Source: Macrostomum lignano (taxonomy: Eukaryota). Taken from it: a stretch of 64,000 nucleotides of DNA. The notes beneath the pieces were generated by a model that did not search any database, was not told where the DNA came from, and saw nothing but the letters and a program-made list of their open reading frames with translations. The position numbers were made by a program, and so were the translations under genes. Each line of letters begins with the position of its first letter. The stretch's first letter is position 1. The DNA lies in NCBI GenBank assembly GCA_002269645.1, contig NIVC01003827.1, forward strand, positions 1-64,000, written 5' to 3'. Below, in pieces: positions 24,637-47,422 of this stretch.

Positions 24637-26398
24637 ATGACCGCTCCTGAGACTTTGCTAAGCCAGCAGCCGATCGCCATCGCCACTCTGCTGCTGGTGA
24701 CATCGCCAGGACTCGCGGCTGCCTGTAAGTACTTAACCAACCAAATGGAACGGACTGTACTGTACTGCATCGAATCATTCTATAAATCAACTCTCTCAGA
24801 CTCCTGCAGCTACCGTCTGAGGCCGTCACCCGAAATTCACACTTTCGCGGGAGCCACGGCAGCTGCCTCATCGTCTCAGGTGGCCGCTCGCAGCTTCATC
24901 GAGTGCGCGACCTTGTGCACCGCGTGGAAAACCTGCAGGTGGTTCGACTTCCACCAGCTGCATCAGAGATGCTGCATGGCCGACAGGCCGATCGACTGCT
25001 GGGGCTCTGAGACCTCGGAGACTCGCAGCTCCTTCGATGAGCTCACCGACACCTGCTACTCGACAGGTGAAGCTCAGATTGATTTTCGATGAGATCTGCC
25101 GGACTGTCACACTGAGTGGACCAAAGGGCGCACCACACTGAGCTCAACCTCCCCATTGCAGAGCCGCACCCACCCCATTGCAGAGCCGCACCCACCCCAT
25201 TGCAGAGCCGCACCCACCCCATTGCAGAGCCGCACCCACCCATTGCAGAGCCGCACCCACCCCATTGCAGAGCCGCACCCTCCCCATTTCATAGACTCAC
25301 CCACCCCATTGCAGAGCCGCACCCACCCCATTTCATAGACTCACCCACACCATTGCAGAGCCGCACCCACTCCATTGCAGAGCCGCACCCACCCCATTGC
25401 AGAGCCGCACCCACCCCATTGCAGAGCCGCACCCACCCCATTGCAGAGCCGCACCCACCCCATTGCAGAGCCGCACCCACCCCATTGCAGAGCCGCACCC
25501 ACTCAATTGCAGAGCCGCACCCACCCCATTGCAGAGCCGCACCCACCCCATTGCAGAGCCGCACCCACCCCATTTCAGAGCCGCACCCACCCCATTGCAG
25601 AGCCGCACCCACCCCATTGCAGAGCCGCACCCACCCCATTGCAGAGCCGCACCCACCCCATTTCAGAGCCCTGTCCAAAGCAGGCCGTCGTTGAGGACAG
25701 TCGCTACTGCGTGTTCATGCAGCGCGTCAGCAACTCGGTTCTGTTCAACCGGACGTGGGCTGAGTACGAGAGCGGCTTCGGCAACTCAGAGAATTGGTGG
25801 ATGGGTGAGTCATGAGCAGAGCTGGTGATGGGTGATAGGTGAGTCATGAGCAGAGTTGGTGATGGTGATGGTGAGTCATGAGCAGAGCTGGTGATGGGTG
25901 AGTCATGAGCAGAGCTGGTGATGGGTGAGTCATGATTGATGTACTGGACAAGTCACCCTGACCTCTCCAGGTCTCCGGTCCCTCCACGCTCTCACCGCAA
26001 GCGGATCCGAAAAGCTGAGGGTGGAGATGACCTCCTGGGACAATGTCAGCTACTTCTGCGAGCACCCGAACTTCATGGTGCAGAGCCAGCTCACCAACTA
26101 TACTCTGACGGTGGCACCGTTTCTCAGCGATCGCTGCAGCGTCAATTACGATGCGATGATTTACCACTCAGGCATGCAGTTCTCCACTTTGGACGCTGAC
26201 AATGACGCTGCATCAAGTGTGCATTGCTCCCGCGAGAGAGGCGGCGGTGGCTGGTGGTTCAAGAGATGCGTGTTGCCGAACCCGACAGGGATCTACTCGA
26301 ATGTGTCCATCCACCGCAGGCAGAACATGGTCTGGAAAGTAGAATCTGTTGACATTCCGTTAAAAAGTATCAAGCTAATGGTCAGCGCCACTCCATGA
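24637..26398 (+). CDS. Secreted PAN/apple-like + fibrinogen C-terminal domain protein, copy R; exons 24637-24724, 24800-25066, 25667-25804, 25971-26398
   Basis: Same exon structure and phases as copy L in inverted orientation; donors gtaagt, gtgaag, gtgagt; acceptors ctctcag, tttcag, ctccag; same FReD motifs. Confidence 0.87.
25150..25666. repeat. 22-bp intronic minisatellite of FReD copy R
   Basis: CCCCATTGCAGAGCCGCACCCA units ending at the acceptor ccccatttcag|AGCC. Confidence 0.93.
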
Positions 26399-26837
26399 GC
26401 ACTGCAGCTCCATTCTGTTTGCTGTAGCCTTCACGCTAACTGAGAGCGGAGTGATAATGAGATGACCCACCCTAGTCGAAATGTTACATCTGAAAACTGA
26501 AATGAGCTTAAAACAGCGCAAATGTCTGCCACCTGCTGCACTGGATTCTTGAAAATTACAATGCTTAACAAAACTTAGTAACCTTTTCGTAGTTGAATAA
26601 ATTTCACGTAGCATTCTTCTGGTTCTCTTTGCTTGCAAATTTGTAGCTTTACATAACACCTTGAGTTGGCGACCTACCAGCTGAATGAAATGATGAGGAT
26701 ACACCGCCTGACACAGACACTTGTCCTTCCTGTTATTTTCTGTTAATCAATCAGATTTTGCTGTCCATGGTAGCAGTCAGTCAGGAGCATTCAGCTACGT
26801 GCGTATAGGTTCCTAGAAATTACTTCTAGTAGTGCTT

Positions 26838-27173
26838 GGGGTGCGCAGCCCAGTGGTCCAGCGCGGCGCTCTGATGTACCAGCGGCCCAGGCTCGATTCC
26901 TAGTGCAGTCACATTAATTTGGGGCTAAATTGGAATCTCGGCTTGGCTCTGCTCGTGCAATTGACGCCCTTGAGAGCCAACCCCCCAAGGCGCAGTGAAG
27001 TGTACATGCCTAATGATAAATAAGTTAGGGCCGCTGTACACTCCTGTGTGAGGTGTGCCTGTGCGTATGACTGCGTACGTATCCGCGCACTTGTGTGCCT
27101 GCTCCGGGGAGTCGGCGGAATGGGCAGTAATGCCTCTCGCCGGTTGTGTGACAATGTCGCTTAAAGTGCGCCA
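26838..27173 (+). mobile_element. tRNA-derived SINE, second copy (3' truncated)
   Basis: A-box-like CAGCCCAGTGG, B box GGCTCGATTCC; aligns by eye with 2045-2370; no A tail. Confidence 0.8.
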
Positions 27174-27520
27174 GAGAAACTAACTGGTGGTAGTCCTTGA
27201 TTTCAAATTTTTGCACTTCTGACTTCAAAGTGAAGAAAATAGCAAAATCCGAAACACACAAGAAAACGTCCTGTCGCAAAGCAGAATGCCAGTTTCCATG
27301 ACAATCGGTTGGCCGAGATTCCTCAATGTATTTTCGCTGGTGCCAATCGGTGCAAAAGTAGCAATCAGGAATTTGCTAATGAAAATACTGGCAGGCCGAC
27401 CGAGTCTCTGCAACCATCCACGTCAGGGCTGCTAAACGGCGCAGGTGAGATAATTAGACCTATGCTGCTGCTGGGGACTATTTAACAGTGGGGATTCGAT
27501 CTATGAAATATGGTGGGGGG

Positions 27521-38276
<10,756 letters not shown>

Positions 38277-38399
38277 CTGGATTTTGAGGTGGAGATAAAG
38301 GCTGATTTTCAGGGCTTATTGAAAATGGGATTTTGTACGAGCTATATTACTGGAAAACGTCAATAATCTTCGTACGTAGCTCATAAGTGTAGAGAGTCT

Positions 38400-38790
38400 C
38401 TCAAGCTCCACGCTGCTTTGACCGAACCTCAGAAGTGTTTTTGTCAAGGAGCGAAGCGTAAAGAGCCTCTCAAGCTCCACGCTGCTTTGACCGAACCTCA
38501 GAAGTGTTTTTGTCTATGGGCGAAGCGTAAAGAGCCTCTCAAGCTCCACGCTGCTTTGACTGAACCTCAGAAGTGTTTTTGTCTATGGCCGAAGCGTAGA
38601 GAGCCTCACAAGCTCCACGCTGCTTTGACCGAATCTCAGAAGTGTTTTTGTCTATGGGCGAAGCGTAAAGAGCCTCTCAAGCTCCAGGCTGCTTTGACCG
38701 AACCTCAGAAGTGTTTTTGTCAAGGAGCGAAGCGTAGAACAAGCTCCTTGCTGTTTTGACCGCACCTCAGAGGTGTTTTGTCTATGGGTG
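38400..38790. repeat. 69-bp tandem repeat, about 5.5 copies
   Basis: TCAAGCTCCACGCTGCTTTGACCGAACCTCAGAAGTG... period 69. Confidence 0.88.
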
Positions 38791-38923
38791 AAGCGTACAG
38801 GGCCTCAAGCTTTTTTCTGTATTACCAACACATCAAATGGCAGCTTTATGTCTAGGCATTGCAGAAGCGTAGAGAGCCTCCAAAGCTCTTTACCACGCAC
38901 CAGACGCAGAAAAATCAACTCAC

Positions 38924-39013
38924 TTCGGGATCAATCTGTGCAGCCAGAGATCTGCGATGGCAGGCGCCGCTTCCGCCGGCACTGTTTCCGCCCCTCGAAG
39001 TGGCCTCCGCCAT
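38924..39013 (-). CDS. Candidate alternative first coding exon A of the DPP gene (MAEATSRGGNSAGGSGACHRRSLAAQIDPE)
   Basis: aaaaATGG start context, 30 codons, phase-0 donor GAA|gtgagt; joins in frame to give IDPE-ELVGS. Confidence 0.7.
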
Positions 39014-40304
39014 TTTTCCAAATCAAATATTTCAGCTGCCTGTCCCTCTCTCCTCGACAAGGGCAAAAAATGATTCTCGTCGTCAAGAAACGAGAAGAAA
39101 TATCCCATCCTGCGGTCTTTATGATCTCCTCTTCCATCTATTCCGCCTCTCCCCAACTGCTCATTCGCGCCCGCCATCTGGCGCGTCTCATTTTCGAGCT
39201 CGCCTGCCTCTCCTCCCATCGCTTCCTTCCTCTCTCGCTTCTCCCACTGTCAGAGAGGCAGATGGGAGCTTTCGAGATGGAATTGCTGGCCAAGAAGCCA
39301 AAGAGCTTGGCGGAGGAATAAAAGCGGGGGTTGCAGGTGAGCAATGTCTGCCCTCCCTGCTGTCACCCCTGCTCCTGCCCGCTGCCAAGATGAGCACAAA
39401 GAGGAACGGCGGCAAAATAGAAGGGATGCCACCTGATGCCGGCTGGAAGACAGCTACAGGAGCTGCTGCACTTCTGCTACTATAAGAAGATTGTTATCAG
39501 ACTGGGGATGGTCGCGTAGTGTTGCTTCGTGCCAAATTTCTGGCAATTGTTGACTCTCGGCTTATCAGTCAATTCGGTGTTCTTCCTGGGGTCGCTGGCA
39601 GATGCTGGCAAACATTTGCCGACAGCTGTCACTCGAGCTGTCACTCCGCTGTTGCCTGGCACTCTATTGGGGTATTTCTGTAACTTTCTGCTCACAGACC
39701 ATCTGTTTGTCTTTCTGTATTTTTCTTTGCCATTAACTCTTGTCTGTCTCCGCGTGGCTCCCGACAGGTTTCTCTGGTTTCACTCCGTTTTTCACTTCAT
39801 TTTTACTCCGTTTGTCACTCCATTCTCACTCGATTTGTCACTCTTTCTCACAGTTTTTCTTCTCTCCATGCTCGTCCAACCCAACAAGAAATCTGTACTA
39901 TAAATGAGCGGCCCGGATGGGCGGCCTCACTGAGCGGACAGCTCAATACAGAAAGCAGGGACCTGAGACAGCAAGTCACAGATCAAGAAAAGCGAAGATC
40001 CATCGATGGGATGGAGAATGCGTCACTCGCGTGTCAGGGAGCAGCTCAAGTAACAAGAGCCCATATTGCCGTGCCCCAATGTGCATCAATATTGCCCAGC
40101 GCCTCCGTGTAGAAGGCAAAAACTTATATCGATTTTGCCAAAACCCTCCCTGAGAATTTCAACTGAACCAAAAAATCCCTGCCCACACTCTGAGTGGTCA
40201 AGAAGTTTAACAGCATTCGATTTGGCTGCATTGAGCATACTACTGATTTGAGTAGGCAGCGGGTGCATTCTGGGAGTGCATTCGAAGGGAACGACAAAAC
40301 ATTG

Positions 40305-40940
40305 ATCAGGTGGCACCAAATTGATCAGGTGGCACCAAATTGATCAGGTGGGGCCAAATTGATCAGGTGGAGCCAAATTGATCAGGTGGCACCAAATTGA
40401 TCAGGTGGGGCCAAATTGATCAGGTGGGGCCGAATTGATCAGGTGGGGCCAAATTGATCAGGTGGGGCCAAATTGATCAGGTGGGCCAAATTGATCAGGT
40501 GGGGCCAAATTGATCAGGTGGCACCAAATTGATCAGGTGGGGCCAAATTGATCAGGTGGGGCCAAATTGATCAGGTGGGGCCAAATTGATCAGGTGGGGC
40601 CAAATTGATCAGGTGGGGCCAAATTGATCAGGTGGGGCCAAATTGATCAGGTGGGGCCAAATTGATCAGGTGGGGCCAAATTGATCAGGTGGGGCCAAAT
40701 TGATCAGGTGGGGCCAAATTGATCAGGTGGGGCCAAATTGATCAGGTGGGGCCAAATTGATCAGGTGGGGCCAAATTGATCAGGTGGGGCCAAATTGATC
40801 AGGTGGGGCCAAATTGATCAGGTGGGGCCAAATTGATCAGGTGGGGCCAAATTGATCAGGTGGGGCCAAATTGATCAGGTGGGGCCAAATTGATCAGGTG
40901 GGGCCAAATTGATCAGGTGGGGCCAAATTGATCAGGTGGG
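40305..40940. repeat. 19-bp minisatellite (CAAATTGATCAGGTGGGGC), about 33 copies
   Basis: Direct reading. Confidence 0.95.
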
Positions 40941-41569
40941 CTAGATTACGCAGACACGCTGATAAGCCGCTCACGAGATTCCCTAAGCTACAAAAATCTG
41001 CAGCATCCACCTACCTCATCCGCAGTTGCATAAGCCGATTCCATGAAGCCAACTCCGAAATGACAGAACAGAGCGAGCAAGCACCGGATTTCCAATCACA
41101 GCGTGCCTTCACTTTTAAGGGCCAAATTTTACAATACCTGTCTCTCACTGCCTGTCCTGAACTACTCGCAAGCCGTTTCGGGTGGGAAAGCCTTCAGCCA
41201 ATCAGCTCTCAGTTTGAAAATGGGGCCGTTAAGCGAACTGTTTTGTTAAAATAACAACTTGTCAAGCCCGGGATGAAAAATTGCTGACGGAGCAGCGCTG
41301 AAGGCGGATTAGCGAGAATCCGGGGGGGGGATGAGATTGACAAGACGGTGGTGTGACGCTGGCAGCTGCATCAGCTTAAAACCATAAATGCATCTGATAT
41401 AAGATCCTGTGAAATAACTCTGAGCTCCCTATGAGATCCCCGAGAATCCCCCCCGAGATTGCTATGAGATCACTTTGGAATCTCTACTAGATAACTGAGA
41501 GTCCATGAGTTTCAACCCGAGATCCTATGAGATCTCAGTGACCCCATTACAGCTATTCCTTGAGAATCT

Positions 41570-41855
41570 AAGTGAGACCTAATTGAGAATCTAAATGAGA
41601 TATAATCTTAAGAATCTAAGTATGAGCTAATTAAGAATCCAATCGAGGACTAATGAGATCTAATTAAGAATCTAAATGAGACCTAATTAAGAATCTAAGT
41701 GAGATCTAATTGAGAATCTAAATGAGATCTAATTAAGAATCTAAGTGAGAGCTAATTAAAGAATCTAAGTGAGATCTAATTAAAAATCCAAGTGAAATCT
41801 AATTAAGAATCTGAGTGAGACCTAATTAAGAATCTAAGTGAGACCTAATTGAGAA
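41570..41855. repeat. Degenerate ~23-bp AT-rich repeat (GAGATCTAATTAAGAATCTAA..)
   Basis: About 12 imperfect copies. Confidence 0.8.
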
Positions 41856-42389
41856 GGCCAGTGCTATCTCCAGCGCTTAGTCCCCAATCGCATATGAATC
41901 GGTGAGGGATTAATCAACATAGGAGTAAGCTGGCTTAAGAAGCTGAGAAAGGCATAGAAAGTGCTCAAAGCGCTGGAGAATCTGTGTCCCATTCAATTAG
42001 CCGAGCGACTGCCTTCCGGGGCTGGAGATGGGAGAGGAAAAGGGAGGCCCCGGAGCTGCCTCATCTGGCCCCGCCTTTCCCAATATCCTGCCTCTGTACG
42101 ATGCGAGCTCTCTGTGCTCCGTGGTGAGGGGTTCTCAGGCGCTGAGCACTCCGGGGTTTCCGCACGACCGGCCGGGCTGCTCGAGAGATTCGGCCGGGTT
42201 TCCTTTGTAAGCCGGGGAAGTTCCCTTTAGTCCCGAGTTCGAATCGACTCCCCAAAAATTAGGGGACGAACTGCGACAGTTGAGGTTAGTCGTTAATCCT
42301 TCGCTGATTTCAGGCATTTAAATCCTTCTGAACTCACTTGTTTTAGCGCTGTAAATCGTTAATCCTTCGTATGTACTGTACTGTATCGG

Positions 42390-44255
42390 ATTGTAGCCTA
42401 GTGGGGGTTGTAGCCTAGTAGGGGTTGCAGCCTAGTGGGGGTTGCAGCCTAGTGGGGGTTGTAGCCTAATGGGGGGTTGTAGCCTAGTGGGGGTTGCAGC
42501 CTAGTGGGGGTTGTAGCCTAGTGGGGGTTTTAGCCTAGTGGGGGTTGTAGCCTAGTAGGGGTAGCAGACTAGTGGGGGTTGTAGCCTAGTGGGGGTTGTA
42601 GCCTAGTGGGGGTTGTAGCCTAGTGGGGGTTTTAGCCTAGTGGGGGTTGTAGCCTAGTGGGGGTTGTAGCCTAGTGGGGGTTGTAGCCTAGTGGGGGTTA
42701 TAGCCTAGTGGGGGGTTGCAGCCTAGTGGGGGTTGTAGCCTAGTGGGGTTGCAGCCTAGTGGGGGTTGTAGCCTAGTGGGGGTTTTAGCCTAGTGGGGGT
42801 TGTAGCCTAGTGGGGGTTGTACGAGTAGCCTAGTGGGGGTTGCAGCCTAGTGGGGGTTGCAGCTTAGTGGGGGTTGTAGCCTAATGGGGGTTGTAGCCTA
42901 ATGGGGGGTTGTAGCCTAGTGGGGGTTGTAGCCTAGTGGGGGTTGTAGCCTAGTGGGGGTTGTAGCCTAGTGGGGGTTGTAGCCTAGTGGGGGTTGTAGC
43001 CTAGTGGGGGTTGCAGCCTAGTGGGGGTTGCAGCCTAGTGGGGGTTGTAGCCTAGTGGGGGTTGCAGCCTAGTGGGGGTTGTAGCCTAGTGGGGGTTTTA
43101 GCCTAGTGGGGTTGTAGCCTAGTGGGGGTTGTACGAGTAGCCTAGTGGGGGTTGCAGCCTAGTGGGGGTTGCAGCTTAGTGGGGGGTTGTAGCCTAGTGG
43201 GGGGTTGTAGCCTAATGGGGGTTGTAGCCTAGTGGGGGTTGCAGCCTAGTGGTGGTTATAGCCTAGTGGGGGTTTTAGCCTAGTGGGGGTTGTAGCCTAG
43301 TGGGGTTGTAGCCTAGTGGGGGTTGTACGAGTAGCCTAGTGGGGGTTGCAGCCTAGTGGGGGTTGTAGCCTAGTGGGGGTTGCAGCCTAGTGGGGGTTGT
43401 AGCCTAGTGGGGGTTTTAGCCTAGTGGGGGTTGTAGACTAGTGGGGGTTGTACGAGTAGCCTAGTGGGGGTTGCAGCCTAGTGGGGGTTGTAGCCTAGTG
43501 GGGGTTGCAGCCTAGTGGGGGTTGTAGCCTAGTGGGGGTTGTAGCCTAGTGGGGGTTGTACGAGTAGCCTAGTGGGGGTTGCAGCCTAGTGGGGGTTGTA
43601 GCCTAGTGGGGGTTGCAGCCTAGTGGGGGTTGTAGCCTAATGGGGGTTGTAGCCTAGTGGGGGTTGTAGCCTAGTGGGGGTTGTAGCCTAGTGGGGGTTG
43701 TAGCCTAGTGGGGTTGTAGCCTAGTGGGGGTTATAGCCTAGTGGGGGTTTTAGCCTAGTGGGGGTTGCAGCCTAGTGGGGTTTGTACGAGTAGCCTAGTG
43801 GGGGTTGCAGCCTAGTGGTGGTTATAGCCTAGTGGGGGTTGTAGCCTAGTGGGGGTTGTAGCCTAGTGGGGGTTGTAGCCTAGTGGGGGTTGTAGCCTAG
43901 TGGGGGTTGCAGACTAGTGGGGGTTGCAGACTAGTGGGGGTTGTAGCCTAGTGGGGGTTGTAGCCTAGTGGGGGTTGTAGCCTAGTGGGGGTTTTAGCCT
44001 AGTGGGGGTTGCAGCCTAGTGGGGGTTGTACGAGTAGCCTAGTGGGGGTTGCAGCCTAGTGGGGGTTGCAGCTTAGTGGGGGTTGTAGCCTAGTGGGGGT
44101 TGTAGCCTAGTGGGGGGTTGTAGCCTAGTGGGGCGTTGTAGCCTAGTGGGGGGTTGTAGCCTAGTGGGGGGTTGTAGCCTAGTGGGGCGTTGTAGCCTAG
44201 TGGGGGTTGTAGCCTAATGGGGGTTGTAGCCTAATGGGGGGTTGTATCCTAGTGG
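42390..44255. repeat. 17-bp minisatellite (TGTAGCCTAGTGGGGGT), about 110 copies; each unit carries a Pol III A-box-like TAGCCTAGTGG
   Basis: Direct reading; sits immediately 5' of the remainder of a SINE head. Confidence 0.95.
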
Positions 44256-44575
44256 GGGACTATTGGGGCCCCACTCCGATGTTAAAGCGTCGAACTCTCG
44301 ACTTGATGGTCGGGGGTTCGATTCCAGATCCCACTGAAACAAGTTATGTGCTTGAGTAAGACACTTAAATCTGCATCGCTTCAGTTCACCCAGCTGTAAA
44401 ATGGGTGCCAGCATTAGCTGGGGTAATTGAGGGTGTGTGGCGACCCTCCAGTCCTTGGACTGAACAGCCGTACGCAGCCTTCAGATGCGCCGCGCAATAG
44501 CTGCGGCTGAGCTGTCGGTTGCACATCTGGCTCATTTGGGGCAGGTGTAATCCTATTATATTATTTATTATCATG
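44256..44575 (+). mobile_element. tRNA-derived SINE with a CORE-like central domain (head disrupted by the array)
   Basis: GTTAAAGCG...GGGTTCGATTCC (B box), then TGTGCTTGAGTAAGACACTTAA...GCTTCAGTTCACCCAGCTGTAAAATGGG, resembling the recalled CORE/MIR consensus (CTTGGGCAAGTYACTTAAC...CCTCAGTTTC...CTGTAAAATGGG); AT-rich tail. Confidence 0.75.
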
Positions 44576-44579
44576 CACT

Positions 44580-45065
44580 GTAAGTACTGTATGTACTGTA
44601 TTTACTGTATGTACTGTATGTAACTGTATGTAACTGTATGTACTGTATGTACTGCATGTACTGTATGTACTGTATGTACTATATGTACTATATGTACTGT
44701 ATGTGATGTATGTACTGTATGTACTGTATGTAACTGTATGTAACTGTATGTAACTGTATGTACTGCATGTACTGTATGTACTGTATGTACTGTATGTACT
44801 GTATGTAACTGTATGTAACTGTATGTAACTGTATGTAACTGTATGTAACTGTATGTAACTGTATGTACTGCATGTACTGTATGTACTGTATGTACTGCAT
44901 GTACTGTATGTACTGTATGTACTGTATGTACTATATGTACTGTATGTAACTGTATGTAACTGTATGTACTGTATGTAACTGTATGTACTGTATGTACTAT
45001 ATGTACTGTATGTAACTGTATGTAACTATATGTACTGTATGTGATGTATGTACTGTATGTACTGC
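44580..45065. repeat. 9/10-bp repeat (TATGTACTG / TATGTAACTG)
   Basis: Follows the SINE tail; matches GTATGTACTGTA at 42369-42380. Confidence 0.92.
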
Positions 45066-45469
45066 ATAAGCATGTCGCCTATCCAGTGAAATCTTTTCTT
45101 ATTTTTATACAATCCGATTGCCTCACCAGAAATGCTCCCTCCATACGGCTACTTCAAGTAGAATGAGTAGCTTAACAGGTATTTTATTTAACAAAAAGAT
45201 TTCCTTATTCCCAGAATACTTTCAGCTCGATGTCCCAGCTGTTAAATAATTTATTGCGCAAACTCGAATTTTGAACGGAGATCAAGCGAGTCAAATTCGA
45301 AATGCAGCAGGATCCTGTCTGGTCTCCGGTCTGAGCTCCCCGAGGATTTGCGGGGTCAATATGCTTTGTAGGAGAAAATCCCATCAATAAACTCTGCTGC
45401 GAACTCGGAGCAAACTAACTGGGCTGGATCGATTTTCTAACCGTGATTGGGTGAGTGACAGATGAGATT

Positions 45470-47045
45470 GAGGCATTGATAAACACACTAGAGATTGATA
45501 AACACACTAGAGATTGATAAACACACTAGAGATTGATAAACACACTAGAGATTGATAAACACACTAGAGATTGATAAACACACTAGAGATTGATAAACAC
45601 ACTAGAGATTGATAAACACACTAGAGATTGATAAACACACTAGAGATTGATAAACACACTAGAGATTGATAAACACTCTAGAGATTGATAAGCACACTAG
45701 AGATTGATAAACACACTAGAGATTGATAAACACACTAGAGATTGATAAACACACTAGAGATTGATAAACACACTAGAGATTGATAAACACACTAGAGATT
45801 GATAAACACACTAGAGATTGATAAACACACTAGAGATTGATAAACACACTAGAGATTGATAAACACACTAGAGATTGATAAACACTCTAGAGATTGATAA
45901 ACACTCTAGAGATTGATAAACACACTAGAGATTGATAAACACACTAGAGATTGATAAACACTCTAGAGATTGATAAGCACACTAGAGATTGATAAACACA
46001 CTAGAGATTGATAAACACACTAGAGATTGATAAACACACTAGAGATTGATAAACACACTAGAGATTGATAAACACACTAGAGATTGATAAACACACTAGA
46101 GATTGATAAACACACTAGAGATTGATAAACACACTAGAGATTGATAAACACACTAGAGATTGATAAACACACTAGAGATTGATAAACACACTAGAGATTG
46201 ATAAACACACTAGAGATTGATAAACACTCTAGAGATTGATAAACACTCTAGAGATTGATAAACACACTAGAGATTGATAAACACACTAGAGATTGATAAA
46301 CACTCTAGAGATTGATAAACACTCTAGAGATTGATAAGCACACTAGAGATTGATAAACACACTAGAGATTGATAAACACACTAGAGATTGATAAACACAC
46401 TAGAGATTGATAAACACACTAGAGATTGATAAACACACTAGAGATTGATAAACACACTAGAGATTGATAAACACACTAGAGATTGATAAACACACTAGAG
46501 ATTGATAAACACACTAGAGATTGATAAACACTCTAGAGATTGATAAACACTCTAGAGATTGATAAACACACTAGAGATTGATAAACACACTAGAGATTGA
46601 TAAACACTCTAGAGATTGATAAACACTCTAGAGATTGATAAGCACACTAGAGATTGATAAACACACTAGAGATTGATAAACACACTAGAGATTGATAAAC
46701 ACACTAGAGATTGATAAACACACTAGAGATTGATAAACACACTAGAGATTGATAAACACACTAGAGATTGATAAACACACTAGAGATTGATAAACACACT
46801 AGAGATTGATAAACACACTAGAGATTGATAAACACACTAGAGATTGATAAACACACTAGAGATTGATAAACACACTAGAGATTGATAAACACACTAGAGA
46901 TTGATAAACACACTAGAGATTGATAAACACACTAGAGATTGATAAACACACTAGAGATTGATAAACACACTAGAGATTGATAAACACACTAGAGATTGAT
47001 AAACACACTAGAGATTGATAAACACACTAGAGATTGATAAACACA
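45470..47045. repeat. 19-bp minisatellite (GATTGATAAACACACTAGA), about 83 copies
   Basis: Direct reading; rare CTCTAG and AAGCAC variants. Confidence 0.96.
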
Positions 47046-47422
47046 CAAGATGCATCCAATTTCCAGAGTCAGTTAATGGCTGATTTTACAGCTCTGGCCG
47101 CAGTTGCAATTTGATTTAAAGCTCAGTGGGGGGGGGCAAGCCGGAGCTGAAGACTGAGTGAGGCAGGCCATGGGGGGCCGATGTTAGTGCTCATATCTCA
47201 TGGCTGCCATAGCTGGGAGTGAATGGGAGGAGCAGAGCTCGAGATTGAGCAGCATCTCCCACCTCGGCCTCGGGGAATCCCCAAGCGGGCTGGTGCTAAA
47301 AAACATCTCGGCAAATTTCGCCCCTTTGACTCCGGCCGCCCTGCCTGCCCTCTGCTCGCGGAATTCTTGAAATATTTTCGTCTCTGCTCTCGATTTTATG
47401 AGTTTTCGACCGCAGCTTTGCA

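Noticed and set aside
45127-45144. Fifth DPP first exon (ATG GAG GGA GCA TTT CTG|gtgagg, MEGAFL, phase 0)
   Set aside because: Six codons can arise by chance and there is no promoter-like context; worth only a look in junction data.
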